Assembly (NCBI GenBank): GCA_036504355.1
Contig: DASXVG010000141.1
Location: forward strand, 5,650-69,649
Direction of reading: 5' to 3'
Length of the DNA stretch: 64,000 bases
From: Candidatus Limnocylindrales bacterium
GTDB taxonomy: Bacteria; Chloroflexota; Limnocylindria; Limnocylindrales; CSP1-4
In this document: one piece after another, positions 47,804 to 56,800 of the stretch
Layout of the letters: every line of letters starts with the position of its first letter
Numbering within the stretch: the stretch's first letter is position 1
The notes under the pieces: model-generated
What the model saw: the letters and a program-made list of their open reading frames with translations, nothing else
The model's database searches: none
What the model was told of the DNA's origin: nothing
Position numbers and translations under genes: made by a program

Positions 47804-48556
47804 ATGGCACAGACCTCGATCCTTGGACGCATCGGCCAGCTCGTGCGGGCGAATGTGAACGCCATGCTGGACCAGGCCGAGGACCCGGAGAAGATGCTCG
47901 ACCAGCTCATCCGGGACTTCACGAACAACATCGCCGAGGCGGAGGAGGCGGTCGCCCAGACCGTCGGCAACCTGCGCCTGCTCGAGGACGACGCTCGCGA
48001 GGCGCGCGACGCGTCGGGCGAGTGGCTGAGCAAGGCGAAGGCCGCGTCCGATCGTGCCGAGGCGCTGCGCGGCCAGGGCAACGCCGCCGAGGCCGACCGC
48101 TTCGATGGCCTCGCCAAGCTCGCGCTCCGTCGCGAGCTGTCGTTCGAGGACCAGGTGCGGACGTTCGACACCCAGATCAGCCAGCAGACCGAGCTGACCG
48201 ACAAGCTCAAGGACGGGCTCAACAAGCTGCGCCTCAAGCGCGAGGAGCTGGTCCAGAAGCGCGACGAGCTCGTGAGCCGCGCGAAGATGGCCCAGGCGCA
48301 GATGCAGGTCCAGCAGACCCTCAAGGAAGTCTCCGTTCTCGACCCCACGTCGGAGCTGAACCGCTTCGAGGAGCGCATCCGGCGCCAGGAAGCCCAGGCC
48401 CGCGGGATGGAGGAGGTCGGGATGTCCTCGCTGGAGGACCAGTTCGCCGAGCTGGAGAGCGGCGAGGACGAGGATGAGGTCGAGGCACGCCTCGCCGAGC
48501 TCAAGAACAAGGCGCTCCCGAGTGGCGCGCCCTCGCTCGGGTCTGGCCAGGGCTGA
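47804..48556 (+). CDS. pspA: PspA/IM30 family protein
   Basis: SILGRIGQLVRANVNAMLDQAEDPEKMLDQLIRD; SLEDQFAELE; EVEARLAELK. Confidence 0.94.
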   Translation: MAQTSILGRIGQLVRANVNAMLDQAEDPEKMLDQLIRDFTNNIAEAEEAVAQTVGNLRLLEDDAREARDASGEWLSKAKAASDRAEALRGQGNAAEADRFDGLAKLALRRELSFEDQVRTFDTQISQQTELTDKLKDGLNKLRLKREELVQKRDELVSRAKMAQAQMQVQQTLKEVSVLDPTSELNRFEERIRRQEAQARGMEEVGMSSLEDQFAELESGEDEDEVEARLAELKNKALPSGAPSLGSGQG

Positions 48557-48644
48557 GGCGTCCGGTGCCGGCACCTTGCCGGCGGTCATGACGCAGAGAC
48601 GGGGCGTCGCGCGAGCGCCGCCCCGTCCCGATTCCCGGCAGTTG

Positions 48645-49457
48645 CTATCCCGCGAGGGCGATCCAGACGGGGTCGCCGCGGGTCACGCCCATCCCGGCCG
48701 CCGCGCTCGCCTCGTAGCGGATGATCGAGACCCAGTCCCACGCGTCCACGAGCATCCCGTACTCGCCGGGGCGCACGTCGCTGTAGGCGACGATCCGGCG
48801 CGCCCGGATCGACGTCGCGGTCGTCGCGATCTCCACCATCGTCCCCACGCGGAAGCCCGCCCGCTCGAGGTCCGCGGGCCGCGCCGAGAGGCGGATGTTC
48901 CCGAAGCGGTCGACGTCCACGACGGCGCCGTGGATGCGCCCGGGCTCAACCTCGGCGTCCTCGAGCTCGAGCGTCTGCAGCAGCGCCGGATCGACGGGCG
49001 TGCCGACCTTCTCGAGCGGCATCCCCGAGGCGATGTGGGCGGCGGCCGGGGCGAACACGTCGCGCCCGTGGAACACCGCGGAGACGTTCGTGGAGCCGAC
49101 CGCGGCAGGGTCGATCTCCATCGCCAGCGTGATCCCGCCGAGCGCCGCCCAGGCGAGCGACAGGAGGCCATTGTCCGGCCCGACGAGGCGCGGCCCGGCG
49201 GCCGTCTCCACCGCGATCGCCCGGCGGGCGGTCCCCACGCCCGGGTCCACGATGCCCAGCGCCACCGAGTACGGCCCCGCATGCGCCATGCCGTTGGCCA
49301 GCATCATCGCGCCGGCCTGGATGTCGTGGGGCGGGACGCCGTGGCTGAGATCGACGATGTGGACCTCGGGGGCGATGCGTGTGATCACCAGGTGGCACAC
49401 GCCGACGAACTCGTCCCGAAGCCCGAGGTCCGAGACGAAGACGACCGGACCGCTCAC
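48645..49457 (-). CDS. SAM hydroxide adenosyltransferase / chlorinase-fluorinase family (DUF62)
   Basis: FVSDLG, DLSHGV, VDPGVGT.RR, GPDNGLL, FHGRDVFAP, DRFGN. Confidence 0.92.
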   Translation of the reverse strand: MSGPVVFVSDLGLRDEFVGVCHLVITRIAPEVHIVDLSHGVPPHDIQAGAMMLANGMAHAGPYSVALGIVDPGVGTARRAIAVETAAGPRLVGPDNGLLSLAWAALGGITLAMEIDPAAVGSTNVSAVFHGRDVFAPAAAHIASGMPLEKVGTPVDPALLQTLELEDAEVEPGRIHGAVVDVDRFGNIRLSARPADLERAGFRVGTMVEIATTATSIRARRIVAYSDVRPGEYGMLVDAWDWVSIIRYEASAAAGMGVTRGDPVWIALAG

Positions 49458-49534
49458 GCGACTTCCTCCATCCGCGTCCGCGTCGCCGCCGGAGCCGGCC
49501 GCGACCGCCGCGCTTCCGCTAGCATGACGAATCG

Positions 49535-49762
49535 ATGAGCCAGATGTATCCCCCCTCCGACCTCGCCTCGATGGATCCGCTGGTCCTGATGAAGAACCTG
49601 GATCACGTGCGGATGACGAGCCGCCGGCTGTCGTACATCCTGCAGCAGCAGGTCCACCTGTACACGCCCGAGGCGAACCAGCTGCGCGAGCAGATCGACC
49701 GCTACGTCGAGGCCGAGCGGCAGCTGGAGGGCGAGATGGCCCGGCGGAAGATCCGGGCCTGA
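49535..49762 (+). CDS. Small hypothetical helical protein
   Basis: 75 aa, strong GC3 bias, heptad-like C-terminus. Confidence 0.75.
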   Translation: MSQMYPPSDLASMDPLVLMKNLDHVRMTSRRLSYILQQQVHLYTPEANQLREQIDRYVEAERQLEGEMARRKIRA

Positions 49763-49810
49763 CCGGTCGCGCTCCGGCTCTCCGAGCCGGTCATCGCCGG
49801 CGACCGGCGC

Positions 49811-50107
49811 TCAGGCCGCGGCGGTGACCTGGCATGCGGCGGCCTTGGCCGCCTTGCGCGCCGCCTGGTCCTCGGCCACGATGCGGGTGACAAGCTGGGC
49901 CAGGCGCGGGGTCTCGAACAGGCTGAACCCGACGCCGATCGCGGCCAGGGCGTCCGCGCCCATCCCCTGGAACAGGCCCCGGGTCGCGACCGCGCACATC
50001 TCGTCGTAGAGCTCCGGCCAGCCCACCCGTCGACGCTGGTAGCAGAACCGCACGAAGGCCTCGGCTTCGGGCGTGGGCGTGCTGACGGCAGGGCCGGCGG
50101 ACAGCAT
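49811..50107 (-). CDS. Small hypothetical protein
   Basis: GAGAGGA RBS; FVRFCYQRRRVGWPELYDEMCAVA; host-like codons. Confidence 0.75.
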   Translation of the reverse strand: MLSAGPAVSTPTPEAEAFVRFCYQRRRVGWPELYDEMCAVATRGLFQGMGADALAAIGVGFSLFETPRLAQLVTRIVAEDQAARKAAKAAACQVTAAA

Positions 50108-50285
50108 CGATACGGGTCCTCTCTCCCAGCGGGCGCGCGGGGTCGAGCCGGAGATCGGGCGGGTCGTTCCCGTCCACCGGCGGTGGTGAAAGCCTCGTGA
50201 TTCCGGCGCGCCTCCCTCTGCCTCAGCGCGGCCGCCGTCCTCGTCGCACTATGCTACGGGCTGAGCCCGCGTTGCCGGAAGGGGC

Positions 50286-50371
50286 TTCTCCACGATCTTT
50301 CCCACCGAGTTGTCCACACGCCCCGGCGGTCGGTGGACAGCCCCGCGAACCGCCTCGAAAGCTGTGGACGT
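50286..50371. promoter_or_regulatory. Cluster of DnaA-box-like 9-mers
   Basis: TTCTCCACG, TTTCCCACC and TTGTCCACA at 12-bp period, then inverted GGTGGACAG and TGTGGACGT. Confidence 0.45.
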
Positions 50372-50433
50372 ACGGGCGCGGATCCGTGCGCAGGGCCCTT
50401 GACGGCGACACCGCCGGGCCGTACCCAGGCCAC

Positions 50434-51522
50434 CTACGGGGCGACGGCGGGATCGAGGACGAGCCCGAGCCCCGGGGCATCCGTCAGCTGCCAGCGCTTC
50501 TCCGGCCCGAGCACGAGCCCGCTGACCGGGTCTTCACCGAGCAGCAGGCAGCCGTCGAGGTCGACCCACTCGGCGAGCGGCGAGACGGCCGCCGACGCTG
50601 CGATCCCGATCGACGTCTCCTCCATGCAACCGAGGAACGTCCTGAACCCGAGGGACCGTGCGCGCTCGAGCATCCGCTTCGCCGGTCCCACCCCGCCGCA
50701 CTTGGCGAGCTTGACGTTGACCCCGGCCGTGACCCCGGCGAGCGCGTCGAGATCCTCGATCGTCACCGCGCTCTCGTCCGCGACGATCGGCAGCTCGGAC
50801 CGCTCCTGGAGCCAGCGCAGCTGGTCGAGGCGGCGCGCGGGGAACGGCTGCTCGATCAGCTCCACGCCCAGTCGGACGAGCGCCGGCAGCAGGGCGAGCG
50901 CGCCGTCGGGGGTCCATCCGGTGTTCGCGTCCACGCGGATCGGCCCTGCGTACACCGCCCGCACGGCCTCGAGTGTCTCGATGTCGGCCGCGCCGCCAAC
51001 CTTGATCTTGAGCGCCGGGAAGTCGGCAGCGCGGCGCGCGCGCTCGGCGACGACCGCGGGCTCGTCCAGGCCCAGCGTGAAGTCGGTCGGTGGCACCTCG
51101 CCATCGACGCCCAGCAGTGCCCTGACCGGCATCCCGAGCCGTCTCCCCGCGAGGTCGTGGAGCGCGATGTCGAGCGCGCACTTGATCGCGCCGTGATGCG
51201 CGATCGCGGCGGCCATCAGCCCTTCGGCGTCCTCGAGCGCGGCGCGCACGTCGTCGAGCGACCCGCGGAGGTCCCCCGTGATCGGGTCGAGCGAGGAGAG
51301 CAGGAGCGGCGCGACCGCGGCCATCGTCTCCGGTGTGTCGCCGTAGTACGGGTCCGGGTAGCCCTCGCCGATGCCGATCGGGCCGTCGGGTCCGTCGGCG
51401 TCGTCGCGGAGCGTGGCGATGACCGTCGTGACCGCCCGGCCCTCGCCGTGCGACGCCCGCGCGATGACGAACGGGTCCCGCAGCGGCAGGCGCAGTGCTC
51501 GCAGCCGGAGGACGAATGTCAT
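50434..51522 (-). CDS. Dipeptide epimerase (L-Ala-D/L-Glu epimerase, enolase superfamily)
   Basis: DIALHDL, LKIKVG, RVDANTGW, IEQP, ADES, NVKLAKCGG, DLDG. Confidence 0.93.
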   Translation of the reverse strand: MTFVLRLRALRLPLRDPFVIARASHGEGRAVTTVIATLRDDADGPDGPIGIGEGYPDPYYGDTPETMAAVAPLLLSSLDPITGDLRGSLDDVRAALEDAEGLMAAAIAHHGAIKCALDIALHDLAGRRLGMPVRALLGVDGEVPPTDFTLGLDEPAVVAERARRAADFPALKIKVGGAADIETLEAVRAVYAGPIRVDANTGWTPDGALALLPALVRLGVELIEQPFPARRLDQLRWLQERSELPIVADESAVTIEDLDALAGVTAGVNVKLAKCGGVGPAKRMLERARSLGFRTFLGCMEETSIGIAASAAVSPLAEWVDLDGCLLLGEDPVSGLVLGPEKRWQLTDAPGLGLVLDPAVAP

Positions 51523-52652
51523 CCGCCGACCCCGGAGCTGGAGCCCGACTCGTCCGCGAGGGTGACCCACGGCAGCCCGTCGACGGCTGCCTCGATCTCG
51601 CGCCACAGCGGGTCGCCGCCGAAGCGCACCGGGTCGTCGCACGGCAGGCCGGTCTCGGCGGCGGTCGCGGCGACGATGCGGCGTGCCTCCGCCTCGTCGG
51701 GGATGAGCGACGTGTTGAGCGCGACGGCAACGACCTTCGACGGCGCGACGAGGGCGGCCACCTGCTCGTGGAGCGCGATGAACGGCGGCAGCTGCGCGAT
51801 CGGGAAGTGGACGTCCGGCCCGTGGTCGAAGTCGTGGTCGGCCATGCCCGGCTTGTGGACCATGACCATCGCGTGCGGGGTCGTGCCGTGCATGAGCCCG
51901 AGGGTCACGGAGCTGTAGGCCGGATGGTCGAGGCTCCCCTGCCCCTCGACGATGACCCAGTCGCCGCGCCGCTCGCCTTCGGCCGCCAGCCACTCCGCGG
52001 TCCCCTGGACGAAGTCGGCGATGACCCGGTCGACCGCGACACCCCAGCCCTCGACCATCATCCCGGTCTGTCCGGTGGCCACGAACGACGCGTTCCGGCC
52101 GGCCGCCGTCGCCGCGCGCCGGAGCTCGAGGGCGACCGACATCTTGCCGATGGCGCAGTCCGTGCCGACCGTGAGGATGACCCGCTTGCCGGGCGCGTGA
52201 CGGCGGCCCACCGCGGTCTCGAAGCGGTCCGGGACCCGGCGGTAGTCGACGATCCGGACACCCGAGCTGCGGGCCGCATCGGCGAACTCCGGGTCGTCGC
52301 CGAGGAAGGTGTGCAACCCCGAGTGGATGTCGAGCCCGGAGCGGATCGCGGCCAGGATCACCGCCCGCCAGTCTCCCGGAAGACGCCCTCCGGTCGGCGC
52401 GATCCCGATCAGCAGCCCGTTCGCCCGCGGCAGGAACCCCAGCGCCTCGTTGAGGCTCGCCACGATCGGGATGTCATAGCGGCCGGAGTCGCCGAGCCAC
52501 TCGCGCACGTTGCGCCCGGCCTGGGTCGAGTCGATGACCGCCACCACCCTGTCGGTGCCGAACCGGATCACGCCCATCGCAGTCTTGCCGTGGTGGAAGC
52601 CGAAGTTCCCCTCGGCGAGGATCACGAGACGGCGATCTGCGGACGACGGCAT
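51519..52652 (-). CDS. DUF1611 family protein (DgcN-like)
   Basis: GIAPTGG, SGLH, VGTDCAIGKM, TGQTG, EGQGSL.HPAYS. Confidence 0.92.
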   Translation of the reverse strand: MPSSADRRLVILAEGNFGFHHGKTAMGVIRFGTDRVVAVIDSTQAGRNVREWLGDSGRYDIPIVASLNEALGFLPRANGLLIGIAPTGGRLPGDWRAVILAAIRSGLDIHSGLHTFLGDDPEFADAARSSGVRIVDYRRVPDRFETAVGRRHAPGKRVILTVGTDCAIGKMSVALELRRAATAAGRNASFVATGQTGMMVEGWGVAVDRVIADFVQGTAEWLAAEGERRGDWVIVEGQGSLDHPAYSSVTLGLMHGTTPHAMVMVHKPGMADHDFDHGPDVHFPIAQLPPFIALHEQVAALVAPSKVVAVALNTSLIPDEAEARRIVAATAAETGLPCDDPVRFGGDPLWREIEAAVDGLPWVTLADESGSSSGVGG

Positions 52653-52785
52653 GGGGTGTCCCTGCAGCGTGGATTGGCCCCCACCCGAGGATAGGCCATC
52701 GGCCGCCCCGGACGTGGGCTCCACGGGGGCGCCCGCCTGGGTGCAGTTCCGCCTCCGTGGAGATCGGCCATCGTGGAGATCCTGT

Positions 52786-55700
52786 TCAGCTGGACCCCGG
52801 CGTCGACAGCACCGGGCCGCCAGCGATCGGCCCCGTCATCTCGTCTCCCTCGGCGCTGTCGGGCACGAGGCCGAGACGCACCGCGATCGCGGCGATCTCC
52901 GCGCGGCCGTTCGCCCCCAGCTTGGACTTGATGTTCGACACGTGCACGCTCGCCGTCTTCTCGCTGATGAACAGGTCGGTGGCGATCTCGCGGTTCGTGC
53001 GCCCGACGGTGAGGCGCTCCAGGACGTCCAGCTCGCGTGGCGTCAGCCTGAACGGGACCGCACGGCCGGCAGGCACGGCGCCGGTCGCCGCTGCGGGCAT
53101 GACCGCGGCGGGTCGCGCGAGGTCGAGCCGGGAGCGCAGGGCGAGCCGTTCGATCTCGCGCTTGAGGGGAGCGGCCCCCAGCTCGCTCGCGATCTGGTGC
53201 GCCTCCACCGCGGCCGCCTGCGCGGCGGCCCGCGACCCTCGACCCAGCAGCAGCGCCTCGGCCTGGCGGAAACGGCTGTAGGCCACCTCGTACGGATGCC
53301 GCAGGTCATCGGCGGCGGCTGCCGCGATGGCCCAAGCCGTGGCGCTCGAGGCACCCGTGAGCCGGCTCAGCTCGGCCTTGACGAGGGCGGCGTCGAGCGT
53401 GAGGTGCGCGTCGCCGCCGCCGGGCAACGCGCGGACGAGCTGCGCGTGCTCGTCGAACCGCCCGTCGAACTCGCGTCCGATCGCAAGCGCCTCGGCCAGC
53501 CCCGCCGCATCGGCGATCGGGCGAGCCACCTGGGCAAGGTCTGCCGCCGCACGGATTGCGAGGCGATGGCACACGCGCATGTGAACGTCGCGTGCGGGCT
53601 CGGCCGAGCGCGCCAGGCTGTCTCTGACCGAGTCGATGGCGTCGGACGGCTGGCCGCGCGCGATCGACAGCAGGGCGATGCTCGAGTACAGGTCGGTCCA
53701 TCCGTAGGCCGTCGCGGTGAAGGCCCTGCACATCAGCAGCACGATCTCGAGGTGCTCCGCCGCCGAGTCCAGGCTGCCGCGGCCGAGATCGAGCAGCGCA
53801 CGGGCTCCGTGCGCCAGGACGCCATGCGATCCCACGGGGTCCCGCTCGAGCGCGCCCGCGATCCACTCGTCCGCCTCCGACCACCGTCCCAGGTGGAAGG
53901 CCGATACACCCCGGATTGCCCGCAACGCGCTCCCGAACCCCTCGGCTCCCCAGCGGCCGCTCTCGGCGATCCCCTCGTCGGCCACGCGACACGCCTGATC
54001 CAGGTCTCCGGCCCAGTGCAACGCCAGCGCCAGCTCGACGCAGATCTCGGCAGCGCCCGGGAAGTCCCCAACGGACCGCGCCAGCGCCAGCGCCTCGCGC
54101 AGGGTGCGAACGCCCTCGTCGGCCTCGCCCACCGCCGTGGCGTTGCGGCCGATGCAGCCCAGCGCGCGGATCTCGGCGGTTGACGATCCAACTGTCCGGG
54201 CGGTCGACAGGGCCTCCTCGGCGATCCGGTTCGATTCGGTGAAGTGGCACTTCAAGCCCAGCGCCTGGGCCAGCACGCCCAGCACCTGGGCACGCTCGAC
54301 GGACGGCGGGTCGACCGGCAGGAGGTCGAGCGCTCGGAGCGCGGCTGGCTGTGCGGCGTCGGGGTTGCCCGAGCCGAGGTGGTACACGGCGAGGCGTTCG
54401 AGCAGCTTCCCGGCGAGGATTGGGTCGAGCGCGACCGTGGACTCGGCGTCGAGCGCCGCCTGGACCAGCTCGATCGCTCGGCGGTATGCGCCGGTCAGGG
54501 CGGCCGATTCGGCGGCGCGCATCGTCAGGTCGAGGCGCGTCAGCCCATCGACGGTGTCCGCCGTGGCCGGCCACAGGTCCAGCGCGAGGTGGTAGTGGGC
54601 ATACGCATTGCCGAACGCGAACATCCCCTCCGCGGCACGGCCGGCGTGCACCAGGGCGGGCAGCGCCCTGCCCCCATCGCGCGCCTGGTGCCAGTGGTGC
54701 GCCAGCTCGGATGCGACGGCCGCATCGACATCGAGCCCGGCATGCACCGTCTCGACGGCCGCGGCGACCGCGGCGTGCAGCGTCAGCCGCTCGCCCGGCA
54801 GCAGCTCGTCATACGCCGCTTCCCGCAGCAGGCCGTGGCGAAACCGCATCACCTCGTCCTCGCCTGCCAGCAGCAGGTTGCGGTCGATCGTCTCGCGCAG
54901 TGCGGCAGCCATCTCGGCCTGGTCCATCCGGGTGACGAGGGCAAGCACGTCGTAGCGCGCGGACTGACCGGCGACGGCGACCACGCGGAGCACAGCTCGG
55001 GCCGCGGTCGAGAGGCCACCGACCCGCGAACGGAGCGTCTCGTGAAGGGTCAGGCCAAGACGCTGTTCGCCGCGCTGCTCCACGGCAAGCAGCTCCTCCG
55101 TGAAGAAGGCGTTGCCACCGCCGCGCGCGTGGAGGCGATCCACGAGCGCGCGGCCCGGCGGCCTGCCGAGGATGCCCGCGAGCTGGTCGTGCACCTCGTC
55201 GGGCGTGAACGGGGTCAGCTCGACCCGCTCCACCTGCCCGCTGCGGCCGAGCTCGGCGAGCAGGGTGAGGAACGGATGGCGCTCGGTGAGCTCGTCCGTG
55301 CGATACGTCCCGATCAGCACGACCCTGGCATCGGTGAGGTTCCGGACCAGGAACCGGAGCATGTCGCGGGTCGATCGATCCGACCAGTGCAGGTCCTCCA
55401 GCGCGATCACGGTGGGGGCGTCCGCGGCAATGCGCTCGATCAACCCGAGCACCTGGAGGTAGAGGGTCGACTGGCTTGCGGAGGCGGCGGGGTCGGTCGG
55501 CGACTCGCCCTGACCGTCGGGCTCGAGGTCCGGGATCAGCTGGAGGACGGCCGATCGCGCCGGTCCGACGATGCGCCCGAAGTCCGCCGCGGACATGGCC
55601 TTCAGCCACGGACGGAGTGCCGCGACGAGCGGGTCATACGGCGGCGCTCCGTCTCCGAGGTCGACACAGGCACCCCCGAGAACGCGCAGTCCACCGGCCT

Positions 55701-55869
55701 CGGCGCGCGCTCGAAGCTCCGAGAGCAGCCGGGTCTTGCCGACGCCGGCTTCGCCGCCGACGATGACCGTGCCGGCGACCCCGGCGCGGGCGCGCTCGAG
55801 CACGGCCTGCAGCCGTTGGAGCTCGTCTCCGCGTCCGACGAACACGGGACTCGAGATGCGCGCCGCCAT
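52786..55869 (-). CDS. STAND ATPase-TPR-LuxR (MalT/LAL-type) transcriptional regulator
   Basis: FVGR, GEAGVGKTRL, LEDLHWSD, GGNAFF; C-terminal LTPRELDVL..TNREIATDLFISEKTASVHVSNI. Confidence 0.95.
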   Translation of the reverse strand: MAARISSPVFVGRGDELQRLQAVLERARAGVAGTVIVGGEAGVGKTRLLSELRARAEAGGLRVLGGACVDLGDGAPPYDPLVAALRPWLKAMSAADFGRIVGPARSAVLQLIPDLEPDGQGESPTDPAASASQSTLYLQVLGLIERIAADAPTVIALEDLHWSDRSTRDMLRFLVRNLTDARVVLIGTYRTDELTERHPFLTLLAELGRSGQVERVELTPFTPDEVHDQLAGILGRPPGRALVDRLHARGGGNAFFTEELLAVEQRGEQRLGLTLHETLRSRVGGLSTAARAVLRVVAVAGQSARYDVLALVTRMDQAEMAAALRETIDRNLLLAGEDEVMRFRHGLLREAAYDELLPGERLTLHAAVAAAVETVHAGLDVDAAVASELAHHWHQARDGGRALPALVHAGRAAEGMFAFGNAYAHYHLALDLWPATADTVDGLTRLDLTMRAAESAALTGAYRRAIELVQAALDAESTVALDPILAGKLLERLAVYHLGSGNPDAAQPAALRALDLLPVDPPSVERAQVLGVLAQALGLKCHFTESNRIAEEALSTARTVGSSTAEIRALGCIGRNATAVGEADEGVRTLREALALARSVGDFPGAAEICVELALALHWAGDLDQACRVADEGIAESGRWGAEGFGSALRAIRGVSAFHLGRWSEADEWIAGALERDPVGSHGVLAHGARALLDLGRGSLDSAAEHLEIVLLMCRAFTATAYGWTDLYSSIALLSIARGQPSDAIDSVRDSLARSAEPARDVHMRVCHRLAIRAAADLAQVARPIADAAGLAEALAIGREFDGRFDEHAQLVRALPGGGDAHLTLDAALVKAELSRLTGASSATAWAIAAAAADDLRHPYEVAYSRFRQAEALLLGRGSRAAAQAAAVEAHQIASELGAAPLKREIERLALRSRLDLARPAAVMPAAATGAVPAGRAVPFRLTPRELDVLERLTVGRTNREIATDLFISEKTASVHVSNIKSKLGANGRAEIAAIAVRLGLVPDSAEGDEMTGPIAGGPVLSTPGSS

Positions 55870-55939
55870 CCGCGGATTATCGGGTCCTGCGCGAGCGCTG
55901 GTCAGGGCCTCGCGCGGGTCGTGCTGGCCATTGCCGGCC

Positions 55940-55971
55940 TAAGGAACTGCCCGGGCAGGAATTAAGGACCG
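55940..55971 (+). promoter_or_regulatory. Bipartite direct-repeat motif upstream of tusA-dsrE
   Basis: TAAGGAA-N16-TAAGGACCG, matching a second site at 56680-56711. Confidence 0.6.
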
Positions 55972-56038
55972 CCCCATTGCCTGAGCGCGGCGTCCAGGCC
56001 TACCCTCCGCGCAACGAGCCCTCGAACCGGAGCTTCCA

Positions 56039-56290
56039 ATGACCGATGCGTCGAGTGTCCCGGCAGCCGACGTGCGCATGGACCTCGTCGGGGAAGCCTG
56101 CGCCACGTTGACCCCGATGATCGCGTTCCAGATGCGCCAGCTGCGTGCCGGCCAGGTCCTGGAGGTCATCTCCGATGACCCAACGGCGCGCAGCGGCCTT
56201 GCCTCGTGGTCGAGGCTGACCGGCAATCCCATCGTGGCCATCGTCGAGGAGGGGGCAGCGCGGACCCGCTACTACCTGCGTCGGAAGTAG
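56039..56290 (+). CDS. TusA/SirA-like protein, non-canonical Cys motif
   Basis: DLVGEACATLTP...LRAGQVLEVISDDP.A...W..LTGN...YYLRRK. Confidence 0.85.
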   Translation: MTDASSVPAADVRMDLVGEACATLTPMIAFQMRQLRAGQVLEVISDDPTARSGLASWSRLTGNPIVAIVEEGAARTRYYLRRK

Positions 56291-56308
56291 GCCTGGAGGA
56301 ACAGATCG

Positions 56309-56668
56309 GTGGCGAGATTCATGGCGCAGGTCACCCACGGTCGCGACGATCCGGAGCGAGCCACCCTGCCGTTGATCGTGGCGAACGTCGCCGCGTCGGC
56401 CGACCAGGAGGTGATCGTCCTGCTCACAATCGAGGGTGTGTGGCTGGCGACGAAGGGCTACGCGGACGACATCCATCACGAGGGCATGCAGCCGCTGCGC
56501 GAGGTCCTTGCCGCGCTGCTCGCCAACGGTGGGCAGATCTGGGCCTGCGGCGCGTGCACGAAGCCGCGCGGCATCACCGACGAGGACCTGATCGACGGCG
56601 CGCGGATCATCTCTGCGGTGGACTTCGTGGCCGAGCTCGCGAGCGGAACCCCGCTCTATACCTGCTGA
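56309..56668 (+). CDS. DsrE/DsrF family protein
   Basis: THGRDDPERA, LTIEGV, IWACGACTKPRG. Confidence 0.88.
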   Translation: MARFMAQVTHGRDDPERATLPLIVANVAASADQEVIVLLTIEGVWLATKGYADDIHHEGMQPLREVLAALLANGGQIWACGACTKPRGITDEDLIDGARIISAVDFVAELASGTPLYTC

Positions 56669-56679
56669 GCCGCGATAAA

Positions 56680-56711
56680 TGAGGAATCCCGGGCCGGCCG
56701 TCTAAGGACCG
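56680..56711 (+). promoter_or_regulatory. Second copy of the bipartite motif, upstream of the cupin gene
   Basis: TGAGGAA-N16-TAAGGACCG. Confidence 0.6.
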
Positions 56712-56800
56712 ATCCGATGTGGTGCGCCGACCCGAGGATCACGCTCTCCCCTGGATGAAGCGGGGCATGCGCCCCGCCGCAGCAGATGGAGAGGCATGCC

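Noticed and set aside
44053-48556. Anti-phage defence island (MTase plus PspA)
   Set aside because: No nuclease or other defence genes are present, and codon usage looks like core genome.
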